Assembly: GCA_002390705.1 (NCBI GenBank)
Contig: DGQA01000005.1
Span: 162,791 to 226,790 of the forward strand
DNA: 64,000 nt
Origin: Actinobacteria bacterium UBA4426
GTDB lineage: Bacteria; Actinomycetota; Actinomycetes; S36-B12
Direction: 5' to 3'
Below are positions 36,923 to 46,408 of this stretch, one piece after another. The translations under genes were made by a program, and so were the position numbers. The stretch's first letter is position 1. Each line of letters begins with the position of its first letter. A model generated the notes under the pieces. The model saw only the letters and a program-made list of their open reading frames with translations. It was not told the origin of the DNA and made no database searches.

Positions 36923-37440
36923 TTGGGAAGTGTCCCAAGTGCCGCGTTTTCAACCCGAATTCGCACGGCCAGCAGTGGCAGATTTAATGCGGTAAACACG
37001 ATCGCGGTGACCCATGCGAAGCCGACCATGGGCAACGCGATTCCCTCGATCACAACGGCGACGTAGTTTGGGTGGCTTAACCAACGGTAGGGGCCTCCCA
37101 CAGCACGTGGAAGTCCCGGAACAATCACGACGAGCGTGTTCCACCGCCGACCCAGAGTTGTAATGCACCACCATCGAAGTGCTTGCGAACCCAGAACCAA
37201 TGCACACATGGTCCACGCGAAAGCAGGATTGATGGGTTTTTGCCACACCCACACTTCAACAAGTGCACCAACAAGCAAAAAGACATGCAGGGCCACCATG
37301 TATGGGTAATGGGACCTGCCAAATTCAATACCTCCATGTTCCGCGCTCCAACGAAGGTTTCGTTTTGATACGACAAGTTCGATGACTCGCTCCACTGCCA
37401 CGAGTGCAATCAGGATCGTGAAAAGGATCATTGCTGTCAT
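36919..37440 (-). CDS. isoprenylcysteine carboxyl methyltransferase (ICMT)-family membrane methyltransferase
   Basis: 173 aa with 4-5 TM segments and RWLSHPNYVAVVIEGIALP. A 4-nt overlap with the FAD oxidoreductase gene. Confidence 0.75.
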   Translation of the reverse strand: MTAMILFTILIALVAVERVIELVVSKRNLRWSAEHGGIEFGRSHYPYMVALHVFLLVGALVEVWVWQKPINPAFAWTMCALVLGSQALRWWCITTLGRRWNTLVVIVPGLPRAVGGPYRWLSHPNYVAVVIEGIALPMVGFAWVTAIVFTALNLPLLAVRIRVENAALGTLPK

Positions 37441-37474
37441 CGGGTCACCATTACTGTCATCGAGTCACCATTGC
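37431..37474. repeat. 20-nt tandem duplication (x2.2) spanning the PKS stop / methyltransferase start junction
   Basis: ttgctgtcatcgggtcacca (37431-37450) and ttactgtcatcgagtcacca (37451-37470), then ttgc. There are two mismatches between copies. Each copy carries a cat (ATG) and a tca (TGA). Confidence 0.85.
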
Positions 37475-38631
37475 AGTAAAACTAATTCAGCGCAGAAACC
37501 TGGGCCCATAGCAGTCAGCATTCCGGGGGTTTCTGGTTCGGGGACCAACCCACCCGAGCCATAAAGAGTGTCGCACAAAACATGCAGAACCGAAGCAGAG
37601 GACAGGTTTCCGATCGCTGCAAGTGAGCGCCAAGTAACGTCGAGCTGACCGTCGTGCAGGTCAAGCGCCGACTCCATTGCTTCCAGCACTCGAGGTCCAC
37701 CCGGGTGACACACCCAATGCTTGATATCGGCGATCTTCAGGTCGTGGTCACCGAGAAAGTCGCTGACGTCGTCTCCGAGGTATTGATTAATAATGTCGGC
37801 TACACCGGCCGAAAGCACAATGCGAAAACCACTCCCGCCAATGTCCCAGCCCATGGTTCGCTCCGTGTCGGGGTACAACCGACTGCGAGAAGCCACAACT
37901 CTGGGTCCGGTAATCCCCATGCGGGCCGCCCGGTGTGCCCCAACCATGACAACGGCTGCGGAACCGTCACCGAACAAGCCACTTGCCACGATATTGGACA
38001 TTGACACGTCATCGCGTTGCACAGTCAGTGAACACAACTCAACTGACAATAAAACTGCTACGTCATCAGGATGACCCATGAGGTAGTCGTGCAGCCGTGC
38101 AATGCCAGCAGCGCCTGCCACGCAGCCAAGACCAAATATCGGGACCCGCTTTACATCTTCACGCAGCCCGAGTCTTGGAATAAGTCTTGCTTCAAGGGAT
38201 GGCGCAGCAATGCCCGTAACCGATGTGGACATGATCATGTCCACGTCAGTTGCCTCCAAGTTCGCGACGGCCAGTGCTCCTGCAATAGCGGAAGCACCCA
38301 GATCAAGTCCAACCCGGATGAACTGGTCGTTAGCTGCACCGAAGCCTGCGAGGGTGGCGTAATCCTTTAATGGGATCGCTAGGTTTCGATTCTTGACCCC
38401 GGTAGCGATATGAATACGTTCGACGATTTGTTGATGTGCCCCTTCGGGAGACACCACGGCGGTGAACGCCTCGATGATCTCTTCCTGCGAATACCCGTAG
38501 GGTCCGACCACGGCGTGGGCACCGGCAATAAAGCTCATACGATCATGGTATGTGCCAATCGCCCATTGCGAAAGCCGCGCACAGTGCGGCGACACACCCT
38601 CATCAACAGGGTGGTGGTGCATAAGGGTCAA
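37465..38631 (-). CDS. type III polyketide synthase (chalcone-synthase superfamily)
   Basis: The Cys-His-Asn triad contexts are present: FGLGCVAGAAG, WVCHPGGPRVL, IGNLSSASVL. The TTG at 38631 has AAGGG upstream; an alternative ATG lies at 38538. Confidence 0.9.
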   Translation of the reverse strand: MTLMHHHPVDEGVSPHCARLSQWAIGTYHDRMSFIAGAHAVVGPYGYSQEEIIEAFTAVVSPEGAHQQIVERIHIATGVKNRNLAIPLKDYATLAGFGAANDQFIRVGLDLGASAIAGALAVANLEATDVDMIMSTSVTGIAAPSLEARLIPRLGLREDVKRVPIFGLGCVAGAAGIARLHDYLMGHPDDVAVLLSVELCSLTVQRDDVSMSNIVASGLFGDGSAAVVMVGAHRAARMGITGPRVVASRSRLYPDTERTMGWDIGGSGFRIVLSAGVADIINQYLGDDVSDFLGDHDLKIADIKHWVCHPGGPRVLEAMESALDLHDGQLDVTWRSLAAIGNLSSASVLHVLCDTLYGSGGLVPEPETPGMLTAMGPGFCAELVLLQW

Positions 38632-39031
38632 CGTCGCCCTTACTTCTGCAATTTAGTCAATTTTGCCTCGGCCATGGCGTGGGATCTGATCACTCATCAC
38701 CCGCGTTCGTCGGCACTCGAACACTCGCTGCTGGGAACACGAGAGCAGGCGGTCGTTAGGCCCGGGTCGTGGTGCCCCTGGTGCAATCTCGACACTTCGA
38801 CGTACCGCTCTTTCAAGTTTTTCTGGCACGAATCAAGATCGTGTTTTTACAATAGGGACAAGCGGCGTGATCACTCAACAGATCCTAAAAAATGTAACTC
38901 AGACGCAGGGCAGTTGCAGGGAGAACCTTTAAAGCGTGCCTCAGATTTGCCACGAAACGACGGAATACTCACGGTCATTTTTATGCTGATGAAACGCGCT
39001 GACCAACCCCGACGTATAGACTCACAAACAG

Positions 39032-40213
39032 ATGCAACTTCGAATTTTCACCCCGCCATGGCCACTTCTTTTGGGAGCCTCATCTTTGCTTTTTTTGATG
39101 ATGGTGGCGAGTTATGCCCCTACGCCACTGTACCCGCTATACCAAGAACAATGGGGTTTGAGTGATAGTCAGATCGGGTTGGCGTTTTCGGTTTACGCTG
39201 CAAGTGTTGTCATGGCGTTGCTATTTCTTGGCGGAATGTCCGACCGGTATGGACGGCGCAATACTTTGCTGATTGCAACGTTGACACTGGGTGCGGCGTT
39301 GATAATCCTTGCATGTGCGACGACTTTTCCATTACTGTTACTAGGCAGGTTCGTTCAGGGAGTCAGCGCTGCCTTAGCCACCGGAGCTGCAGCCGCAACG
39401 CTCATGGAGTCGCATCCGGGTGGTTTGGCGCGTGGCGCGTTAGTCAATACGTTTTCGGTTGCGATAGGCGCGGCGGTAGGACCCGTCATGGCAGGCTCTT
39501 TCGCTGCCGGCAGCTCATATCCGTTGGTGGTTCCCTATCTCATTATTGGAGCATTTATCCCGGTACCGTTACTGCTCCTGATTCGTGCCACAGACTCCGC
39601 GCCCAAGCAGCGAGCCGCCCGTCTTTTGCAAGCGATTCGAGTACCACGCCACATTTGGGCTGCGTTCTCAGTTGCCTCTGCCGCACTTATTGGAACAAAC
39701 TTGTGCATAGCGATTTACGGATCTTTCGGGTCAAATATCGCCGCATCGGTTGGATGGACCACGGAAGTGTTGAGTGGATTACTCGTCTCACTAGTGCTTG
39801 TCATGTTTGCCGTTGTTCAGCCGTTTAGCCGAAATGTTCCACCCAAAATTTCAATGTTTGCAGGAATCGTGCTGAGCGTTATCGGATGGGCAATGACCAG
39901 TGTGGCTGCCATGACGGCCATCTCACCGCTCATGCTGGTGGGCGCCATAACAACAGGCGGGGGCGCAGGGTTGTGCCTCATGGGCGCAGCGGCATTGGTT
40001 GGGATGATTTCCCCCCTTGGGCGCAGCGCTGAAATCTATTCTGCATTCCTGCTAATCGCATACATCACAATTGTGGTGGCCGCACTCATCGCCGGGCCAC
40101 TCATTGGCTTGATATCCATAAGCGCTGTGCTGATCTTTGCCAGTGTGGTCTGTGTGTTGCTCACAATTTACGTGGTCTACGGCTCTCGCAGATGGCTAAT
40201 GCTGGCCCACTAG
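39032..40213 (+). CDS. MFS transporter
   Basis: About 12 TM segments. MFS motif A GGMSDRYGRRNTLL is present. Confidence 0.75.
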   Translation: MQLRIFTPPWPLLLGASSLLFLMMVASYAPTPLYPLYQEQWGLSDSQIGLAFSVYAASVVMALLFLGGMSDRYGRRNTLLIATLTLGAALIILACATTFPLLLLGRFVQGVSAALATGAAAATLMESHPGGLARGALVNTFSVAIGAAVGPVMAGSFAAGSSYPLVVPYLIIGAFIPVPLLLLIRATDSAPKQRAARLLQAIRVPRHIWAAFSVASAALIGTNLCIAIYGSFGSNIAASVGWTTEVLSGLLVSLVLVMFAVVQPFSRNVPPKISMFAGIVLSVIGWAMTSVAAMTAISPLMLVGAITTGGGAGLCLMGAAALVGMISPLGRSAEIYSAFLLIAYITIVVAALIAGPLIGLISISAVLIFASVVCVLLTIYVVYGSRRWLMLAH

Positions 40214-40552
40214 GCGCGTATCTTTGATGTCCGCGTGGGACACCTGCGAACCCGTCAGTTTTGTGCAGGCCACATTCGTGCTTTTTGAATTCGCTTTTTT
40301 AGGCTGATTTTCACGCATTTAGTTTTTACTTGATTACGCAACTATTGAAAGTTTTCGCCGGGGGCAGCATCGCTTGAGCGAATCAGCGGTGTGTGGAGCC
40401 GCCCAATATGGGGGCATGTGTGGCATTTTACTGGATTGATGTGTATTATTATCAAGGATAGAAACACGGTGGTCGGGCAATAACTGTGTGCAGTTGTGAC
40501 CCATACTGGCCTAAGCGTCGGAAGCAACCGAACAAATGCGAAAGGTTAACTA

Positions 40553-41437
40553 ATGGTCCCGTATAGATCACTTTTGTTTGTGCCTGGACACAAACCTGCT
40601 TGGATTGACAAGGCCGCTGCAGTCCACCCAGATGCAATCGTCCTTGACCTGGAAGACTCCGTGCCAGAAGACCTCAAAGTGCGAGCCCGGGAGACTGTCG
40701 CCGAATCAATCAGCCGAGCCTCAGCTGAGCACCCTGATATCGAATTTCTAGTTCGAGTAAACGGTCTTTCTACGGGAAATACCGGTGCCGATCTAGAAAC
40801 TTGCCTCATTCCAGGATTAAAGGGTCTCTTTGTCCCAAAGATTGAAACCGCAATGGACCTAGCCAAAGTGGATGCCCTCGTTGACCACTTTGAGCGACGC
40901 AATGAAGTGGCAGGAATTGAATATGTCGTTCCCATTGAAACCGTACCTGCTATTTGGAATGTCCGCGAAATCGCGCACGGCTCATCTCGAGTTGGAGCCG
41001 TCATTGGGCCTACGGCTGAGCACGCTGATATTGCTCGCGAAGTAGGTTTCGAGTGGACGCCTGGTGGCCTGGAAACGCTGTACCTACGAAGTCGAGTATT
41101 GCTGGCGATCAGGGAGGCGGGCGTACATGCCCTCACGGGCCTTTGGGAAAAAGTTGACGACCTTGTTGGCCTTGACGAATTCGCCCGATCTGGGAGGTCA
41201 TTGGGGTATCGAGGCATGGTGGTCATTCACCCGTCCCATGTTCCCGTGGTGAACACGGCTTTTACCCCCTCAGACACCGAAGTGGGCTTTTACCAAGGAC
41301 AAGTATCCGCATATGAAAAAGCAGTGGCGGCTGGTGACGGTGCACTGCGTTACCAGGGGCTTCATATTGACAAGGCGCACTACGACAAGGCTGTTCAATG
41401 GCTTGAGCGCGCCCACCAATTACGAAACAGGAAGTAG
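40553..41437 (+). CDS. HpcH/HpaI aldolase / CitE-like acyl-CoA lyase
   Basis: RSLLFVPGHKPAWIDKA...DAIVLDLEDSV is a CitE-type N-terminus. 294 aa. Confidence 0.8.
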   Translation: MVPYRSLLFVPGHKPAWIDKAAAVHPDAIVLDLEDSVPEDLKVRARETVAESISRASAEHPDIEFLVRVNGLSTGNTGADLETCLIPGLKGLFVPKIETAMDLAKVDALVDHFERRNEVAGIEYVVPIETVPAIWNVREIAHGSSRVGAVIGPTAEHADIAREVGFEWTPGGLETLYLRSRVLLAIREAGVHALTGLWEKVDDLVGLDEFARSGRSLGYRGMVVIHPSHVPVVNTAFTPSDTEVGFYQGQVSAYEKAVAAGDGALRYQGLHIDKAHYDKAVQWLERAHQLRNRK

Positions 41438-41443
41438 GTAAAA

Positions 41444-41917
41444 ATGAGGGGCTTGTATTTTGAGGAATTTGAGGAAGGCAAAATATATAAGCATGCGTTA
41501 ACTCGCACGGTCACAGAAATGGACAATGTGATGTTCACCTCGCTTACTATGAATGTTCAGCCTCTACATTTAGATGAAGAGTTTTCCAAGACAACAATTC
41601 ACGGCCGCCGGGTAGTGAATAGCCTTTTCACCGTGGCACTCATTGGCGCCTTTCATGTTCCTGAATTGACCATGGGAACAACTCTGGGAAATTTAGGTTA
41701 CGACAAGATCGAATTCCCACACCCCGTGTTTCACGGCGATACGCTACGCGGAGAGACCACTATTTTAAAAAAAAGAGCCTCGTCCAGTAGAGATGACTCC
41801 GGCATAGTGTGGTTTGAGCACCGTGGCTACAACCAAGATCAAGTTCTCATTTGTCGCTGCGAGAGAGTCGGGTTGATGCTCGTGAAGCCAAAAGATGGGC
41901 CAGCATTCGGAGAATAA
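41444..41917 (+). CDS. MaoC family (R)-specific enoyl-CoA hydratase/dehydratase
   Basis: 157-aa hot-dog fold pattern (NVQPLHLDEEF...HGDTLRGETTI). It sits 6 nt after the lyase gene. Confidence 0.8.
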   Translation: MRGLYFEEFEEGKIYKHALTRTVTEMDNVMFTSLTMNVQPLHLDEEFSKTTIHGRRVVNSLFTVALIGAFHVPELTMGTTLGNLGYDKIEFPHPVFHGDTLRGETTILKKRASSSRDDSGIVWFEHRGYNQDQVLICRCERVGLMLVKPKDGPAFGE

Positions 41918-41936
41918 GAACTCACCTAGTCCACAT

Positions 41937-43136
41937 TTACACGCGTTCGAACACCGCGGCCAAAGCCTGCCCTCCACCAATGCACATGGTGACAAGGCCT
42001 CGTTCCAGATCTCGACTTTGAAGGTCATGCAGCATTTTGATCGTTAAAATCGTTCCCGTTGCTCCCACCGGATGACCTAAGGCAATAGCTCCACCATTGG
42101 GATTAGTGCGCTCTGGGTCCAACCCAGAATCACGAACAACAGCAATGACTTGAGCGGCAAAGGCTTCATTTAATTCAACAACATCTAAATCCTTAACCGA
42201 CATACCTAACCGATCCAGCAATATTCTGATGGCGCCTACCGGGGCATAACCCATCATTGCAGGGTCGCAACCGTGACTCGCCCAGCCAACCAAACGGCCC
42301 AGTGGAATCATCCCACGTTCTCGTGCATCAACTTCACGCATTAACACCGTGGCCGCTCCTGCATCATTGATGCCGGAAGAGTTACCCGCGGTAACTGTGC
42401 CTTCTGCAGAAAATGAAGGACGCAGTCGAGAAAGACCCTCAAAAGTAGTATTTGGGCGAGGATGCTCGTCGGCACCAACGCTTTCGGCCTGACCCTTCGC
42501 TTTTTCCACTTCCACCGAGATAATTTCAGATGTGAATGCGCCGCGTGAGATGGCGTCTGCTGCTCGCTGTTGACTTCGTGCAGCCCACTGATCCTGTTCG
42601 GCACGATTTACGTTATATGCCCGGGCAACATTTTCAGCTGTATGTCCCATGAGGTAGTCGCCCCACGGATCTGTCACTAACGAAAGTGTCCCATCAACCA
42701 ACACTCGATTCCCTAATTTAGCCCCTGATCTCGCCTGTGGTTCGAGAAAAGGCTGCCCGCTCATATTCTCATTTCCACCGGCAACCACTACGTTTGACTG
42801 TCCGAGCTGGAGTTGCATCGCACCTGACAAGATCGCTTGAAGGCCACTTCCGCACAGGCGATTTACGTTGTACGCTGCGGCTGACAGTGGTATTCCAGCA
42901 TCGATAAGCACCCGGCGTGCGTTGTACGCCTCGGGGCCGACTTGCCCAATACAACCCATGATCACTTCATCAACGTCCTCGGGGTCGACTCCCGCTCTCC
43001 AAATTGCCGCCTGCACAGCAAGGCTTCCTAGGCGGTAGGTGGGTGTCGAAGATAAACCACCCATATACCCACCGATTGGCGTCCGGGCGCCCGAGACCAC
43101 GACAATTGAATCTGACAAGACGTCCCGATTGTTCAT
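41937..43136 (-). CDS. acetyl-CoA C-acyltransferase (thiolase)
   Basis: NRLCGSGLQA active-site Cys, GHPVGATG and CIGGGQA motifs. The ATG at 43136 was preferred over the TTG at 43169. Confidence 0.88.
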   Translation of the reverse strand: MNNRDVLSDSIVVVSGARTPIGGYMGGLSSTPTYRLGSLAVQAAIWRAGVDPEDVDEVIMGCIGQVGPEAYNARRVLIDAGIPLSAAAYNVNRLCGSGLQAILSGAMQLQLGQSNVVVAGGNENMSGQPFLEPQARSGAKLGNRVLVDGTLSLVTDPWGDYLMGHTAENVARAYNVNRAEQDQWAARSQQRAADAISRGAFTSEIISVEVEKAKGQAESVGADEHPRPNTTFEGLSRLRPSFSAEGTVTAGNSSGINDAGAATVLMREVDARERGMIPLGRLVGWASHGCDPAMMGYAPVGAIRILLDRLGMSVKDLDVVELNEAFAAQVIAVVRDSGLDPERTNPNGGAIALGHPVGATGTILTIKMLHDLQSRDLERGLVTMCIGGGQALAAVFERV

Positions 43137-43179
43137 CTGTGTGCTTTCCCTGGCCACTGTGTGTCGCAAGTTTCTCGAG

Positions 43180-43971
43180 TCACTTCTCGAGCCCTAGTAT
43201 TCGGGCAAGATTTCCGCCAAGTATTTTCTTTTCGTCATCTTTGGGCAGTCCTAGCGCCCGAATTCCGGCGATTTCTGCGCCCGGGTCTGCCATGGGCCAG
43301 TCTGAACCAAAAACCACTTGGTCCGCGCCGTGGCGCTTTATGATGCCGCGGATCCGGTCAGGATCCAGAATAGCCATTGTCGGTGGCCACGATGTCTCAA
43401 GAATTACACGTGAACCGACAACGATCTTTTCAGCCAGCTCTAGTTGGTGATAGGCCCCGTAATGACACGCCATCAGAGTGAGATTGGGTACCGACTGGGC
43501 GAGTGCAAGCACTTTTTCAGGACTACCCCTGTCTGTGGCAGCCGCATCGCTACCTTCCCCTGCATGAGTTATTACGACAATGCCATCTTGAGCTATCGCG
43601 TGACAGATTTCAATCACACGCGGATCGGCTAGGTCCAGGTTCTGAAAGTTTGGGTGCAATTTCACGCCGACGATTTCATTCTCTCGAAGTGAACGTATGT
43701 TATCCGCCACTGTTCGATCTGGATGTATTGTTCCAAACGGCACCAGCCTGGAGCGATCAAGGCTCCCAATGAACTCGTTCGTCTTCTCGAGATTCTTGGC
43801 TGCTGTGGCTACCCCGAGGCAACACCCATAGTCGATTCCGGCTTCGTCCATCTTTGCCAGGAGAGAACCAACTGTTCCATCTCCCATAGGTTCAAGGCCG
43901 GCTATCTTTGCGCTCAGGACTTTCGGTGCGATTTCGTCAGGCCACACATGGCAGTGGCTGTCAATTATCAA
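43180..43971 (-). CDS. amidohydrolase family protein (amidohydrolase_2 / TIM-barrel metal hydrolase)
   Basis: IIDSHCHVWPDE N-terminus and ITHAGEG motif. A 4-nt overlap with the upstream ACAD. Confidence 0.75.
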   Translation of the reverse strand: MIIDSHCHVWPDEIAPKVLSAKIAGLEPMGDGTVGSLLAKMDEAGIDYGCCLGVATAAKNLEKTNEFIGSLDRSRLVPFGTIHPDRTVADNIRSLRENEIVGVKLHPNFQNLDLADPRVIEICHAIAQDGIVVITHAGEGSDAAATDRGSPEKVLALAQSVPNLTLMACHYGAYHQLELAEKIVVGSRVILETSWPPTMAILDPDRIRGIIKRHGADQVVFGSDWPMADPGAEIAGIRALGLPKDDEKKILGGNLARILGLEK

Positions 43972-45122
43972 CCGGTTACTCGCTTGACGAGTTGTTTCGC
44001 CAAGGAATCGTAAATAACTTCTGTTGCACCTTCATATATGCGCAGCGGTCTGGCTTCCCGATACAAACGCTCTATTTTTGATCCGCGAACAATGCCAAAA
44101 CGACCCATTATTTGAACGGCGCGGTCGACGACCCGGCCGGACATCTCTGTTGCTCCGGCTTTTGCCAAAGAGGAAAGGTAAAGGTTGGCGCGCGCATCTC
44201 TCGCCGAGGCGGCGGCGGCTCGGTACGTTAACGCTCGAGCCATTTCAATCTCAGCCCACGAGTTAGCCAACTGTGCAGGAATTCCACCCAGTCGTGCCAG
44301 AGGAACGCCAAATTGTTCACGACCGGCAGCATGCTTGGTTGCTTCATCTAATGCCGCTTGCGCGATACCAATGGCGGCTCCAGCTACCGAAACGCGAAAT
44401 GTAGACAATGTCGCAAGAACAAGGTTAAAACCCTTGCCGGGCTCCCCAATCCGATGACTGCTGGGGACCATTACATCTTTCATGATTACGTCTCCCAGAA
44501 CGTGAGGCGCAATGATTTGGTGTGGGTGGCTGACTGAAAGCCCTGGGGTACTCGCTGGAATCAGGACTAACGAATAGGCGATCTCACCACCCACAGTCTC
44601 CTTTCCCAACATCGTGTAAAAGTCTGCATCACCCGCATTCGTTATAAAAGACTTGTGCCCATTGATGCGAAGGAGATCTCCTTCGACCTCAATTGTGGTC
44701 GTGATAGCTCGCAGATCAGAGCCCACATCAGGTTCGGTGAGGCCCAAAGCTGCGATGGATTCCAGTCGCCCAACTGCCGGCAACCATGCTTCTTGCAATG
44801 CGGGGCTACCGGCTTGAGCTAGCGCATAAGAGCCGATCCCTTGCATACAAAACATCGAGTCCACGTGCGCTGATTCGTAGGCCAACTGCTCTCTGACAAC
44901 AGTGACTGCAAGAGAGTCAACTTCTTCGAACCTTCCCCCAAATTTTTTTGGGACAGTCAGGCTGCACAGCCCACTTTCTGCCAAGATCTGCCGGACATTG
45001 GGATCAAAATGATCGGCTTCGTCTGCGTGATGCGCATACGGCGCGACCTGTTGAGCAACCTTTTTCGCCTCCTCAATAATTGCCAAGTAACTTTCGGGGA
45101 GTTCAAAGAGTTGTTCAGTCAC
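43968..45122 (-). CDS. acyl-CoA dehydrogenase
   Basis: 384-aa ACAD pattern with the canonical C-terminal RIYEGATEV. Confidence 0.88.
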   Translation of the reverse strand: MTEQLFELPESYLAIIEEAKKVAQQVAPYAHHADEADHFDPNVRQILAESGLCSLTVPKKFGGRFEEVDSLAVTVVREQLAYESAHVDSMFCMQGIGSYALAQAGSPALQEAWLPAVGRLESIAALGLTEPDVGSDLRAITTTIEVEGDLLRINGHKSFITNAGDADFYTMLGKETVGGEIAYSLVLIPASTPGLSVSHPHQIIAPHVLGDVIMKDVMVPSSHRIGEPGKGFNLVLATLSTFRVSVAGAAIGIAQAALDEATKHAAGREQFGVPLARLGGIPAQLANSWAEIEMARALTYRAAAASARDARANLYLSSLAKAGATEMSGRVVDRAVQIMGRFGIVRGSKIERLYREARPLRIYEGATEVIYDSLAKQLVKRVTG

Positions 45123-45140
45123 CGCGAGACTCCTGTATCA

Positions 45141-46310
45141 CTATGAGGATCGTTGATTAATTGTTTTGCCGTAAATTTCGGATGCGATGCGGATTCGTTG
45201 CATTGCAGGTGTGCCGCCGGCAATGGCCCACCCGTGCGAATCGCGATGTAGTCTTTCAATCCCGTATTCTTCCGTATAGCCATTGCCACCATGAAGTTGC
45301 ATCGCCATGTCCGTGACCCTCTTTGCCATCTCGTTGGAATAGACCTTGGCTAAAGAAACTTCATAGGTATCAGGTAATCCATTTCCCGCGGTCAGTGCAG
45401 CTCTCTTGATCAAAAGTCTCGCTGCTTCGACATCTATTGCCATGTCGGCCACGCTTTGTTGAACATTTTGGAACTCGTAAATTGGTCGACCAAACTGTTC
45501 CCGCTCCTGCGTGTAGGCAATTGTTTTTTCCAAAGCAGCCTGTCCTAGGGCCAGACTCATTGTTGCATTTCCCATTCGTTCAATTGAGAATACGCCAAAT
45601 AATTTCTTGAACCCGCCTGCCGAGATCACGAGGTTTTCTTTTGGCACCCGCGCATCTTCGAAGATGAGATCCGCCGAAGCGATGCCACGGAAACCCATCA
45701 GCTTTTCCGGGGCCCCGAAACTCAGTCCCGGGGTGTCCGCCGAGACAAGAATGGCGCCAATCGCTTTGGAACCCGGTGAATCGTTTAACCGACAATAAAG
45801 AAGATAGTTTCCCGCATGGCCACCCCCGGAGATCCAGCGTTTCGTGCCATTAATTACGTATTCATCCCCGTCAAGTCGAGCGGAAGTGCGCATGTCGGTC
45901 GCTCCGGAACCCGCGTCTGGCTCTGAGATGCCAATTCCCACACTTGTCTGACCTGACACAACTTTAGGTATAATCGCTTCACACTGGGCGGGCGTGCCGT
46001 AAAACTGGAGGACCCGCACCGGTCCAACGTTTGCCTCAAAGACCTCAAAAGCCGCTGGGCGGCACACTTTAGCCAATTCTTCAATGACAATCAGCGCATC
46101 CATCAGTGGGGCATCAGAACCCCCATACTCCTCGGGCAGGCAGATACCCAGAAAACCCAGTTCAGCCAGTCGCTTTATCTCCGCATCCGGAAATAAGGTT
46201 CTTGTGGCATCCCACTCGTCGGCTAGTGGGGCATACACATCGTTGGCCACTTCCCGGGCAACAGCTCGAAGCGCCGTTTGCTCAGGAGTTAGTGATGCAC
46301 TTTCACTCAC
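45141..46310 (-). CDS. acyl-CoA dehydrogenase (isovaleryl-CoA-DH-like base placement)
   Basis: 389 aa. The C-terminal WAIAGGTPAMQ has no Glu there, and a Glu sits in FSIERMGNATMSLALGQAA. Confidence 0.88.
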   Translation of the reverse strand: MSESASLTPEQTALRAVAREVANDVYAPLADEWDATRTLFPDAEIKRLAELGFLGICLPEEYGGSDAPLMDALIVIEELAKVCRPAAFEVFEANVGPVRVLQFYGTPAQCEAIIPKVVSGQTSVGIGISEPDAGSGATDMRTSARLDGDEYVINGTKRWISGGGHAGNYLLYCRLNDSPGSKAIGAILVSADTPGLSFGAPEKLMGFRGIASADLIFEDARVPKENLVISAGGFKKLFGVFSIERMGNATMSLALGQAALEKTIAYTQEREQFGRPIYEFQNVQQSVADMAIDVEAARLLIKRAALTAGNGLPDTYEVSLAKVYSNEMAKRVTDMAMQLHGGNGYTEEYGIERLHRDSHGWAIAGGTPAMQRIRIASEIYGKTINQRSS

Positions 46311-46408
46311 GTTATCTCCTTAATAAATAATCTATGATCACCATAGCAAGGAATTATCAAGGCTGCCACTAGGGTTAGGTTATTGATCGAAATACTTTGA
46401 GGAGCGAC

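Noticed and set aside
38410-39165. 251-aa plus-strand ORF spanning the PKS 5' end and the PKS/MFS intergenic region
   Set aside because: It overlaps the type III PKS in antisense and the MFS start. There are no motifs, and the composition is that of a chance open frame. The roughly 400-nt region 38632-39031 is better read as a divergent promoter region.
40546-41226. 226-aa minus-strand ORF
   Set aside because: It is entirely antisense to the well-supported CitE-like lyase gene. Its Arg/Ser/Pro/Thr-rich, low-complexity composition is typical of shadow ORFs.
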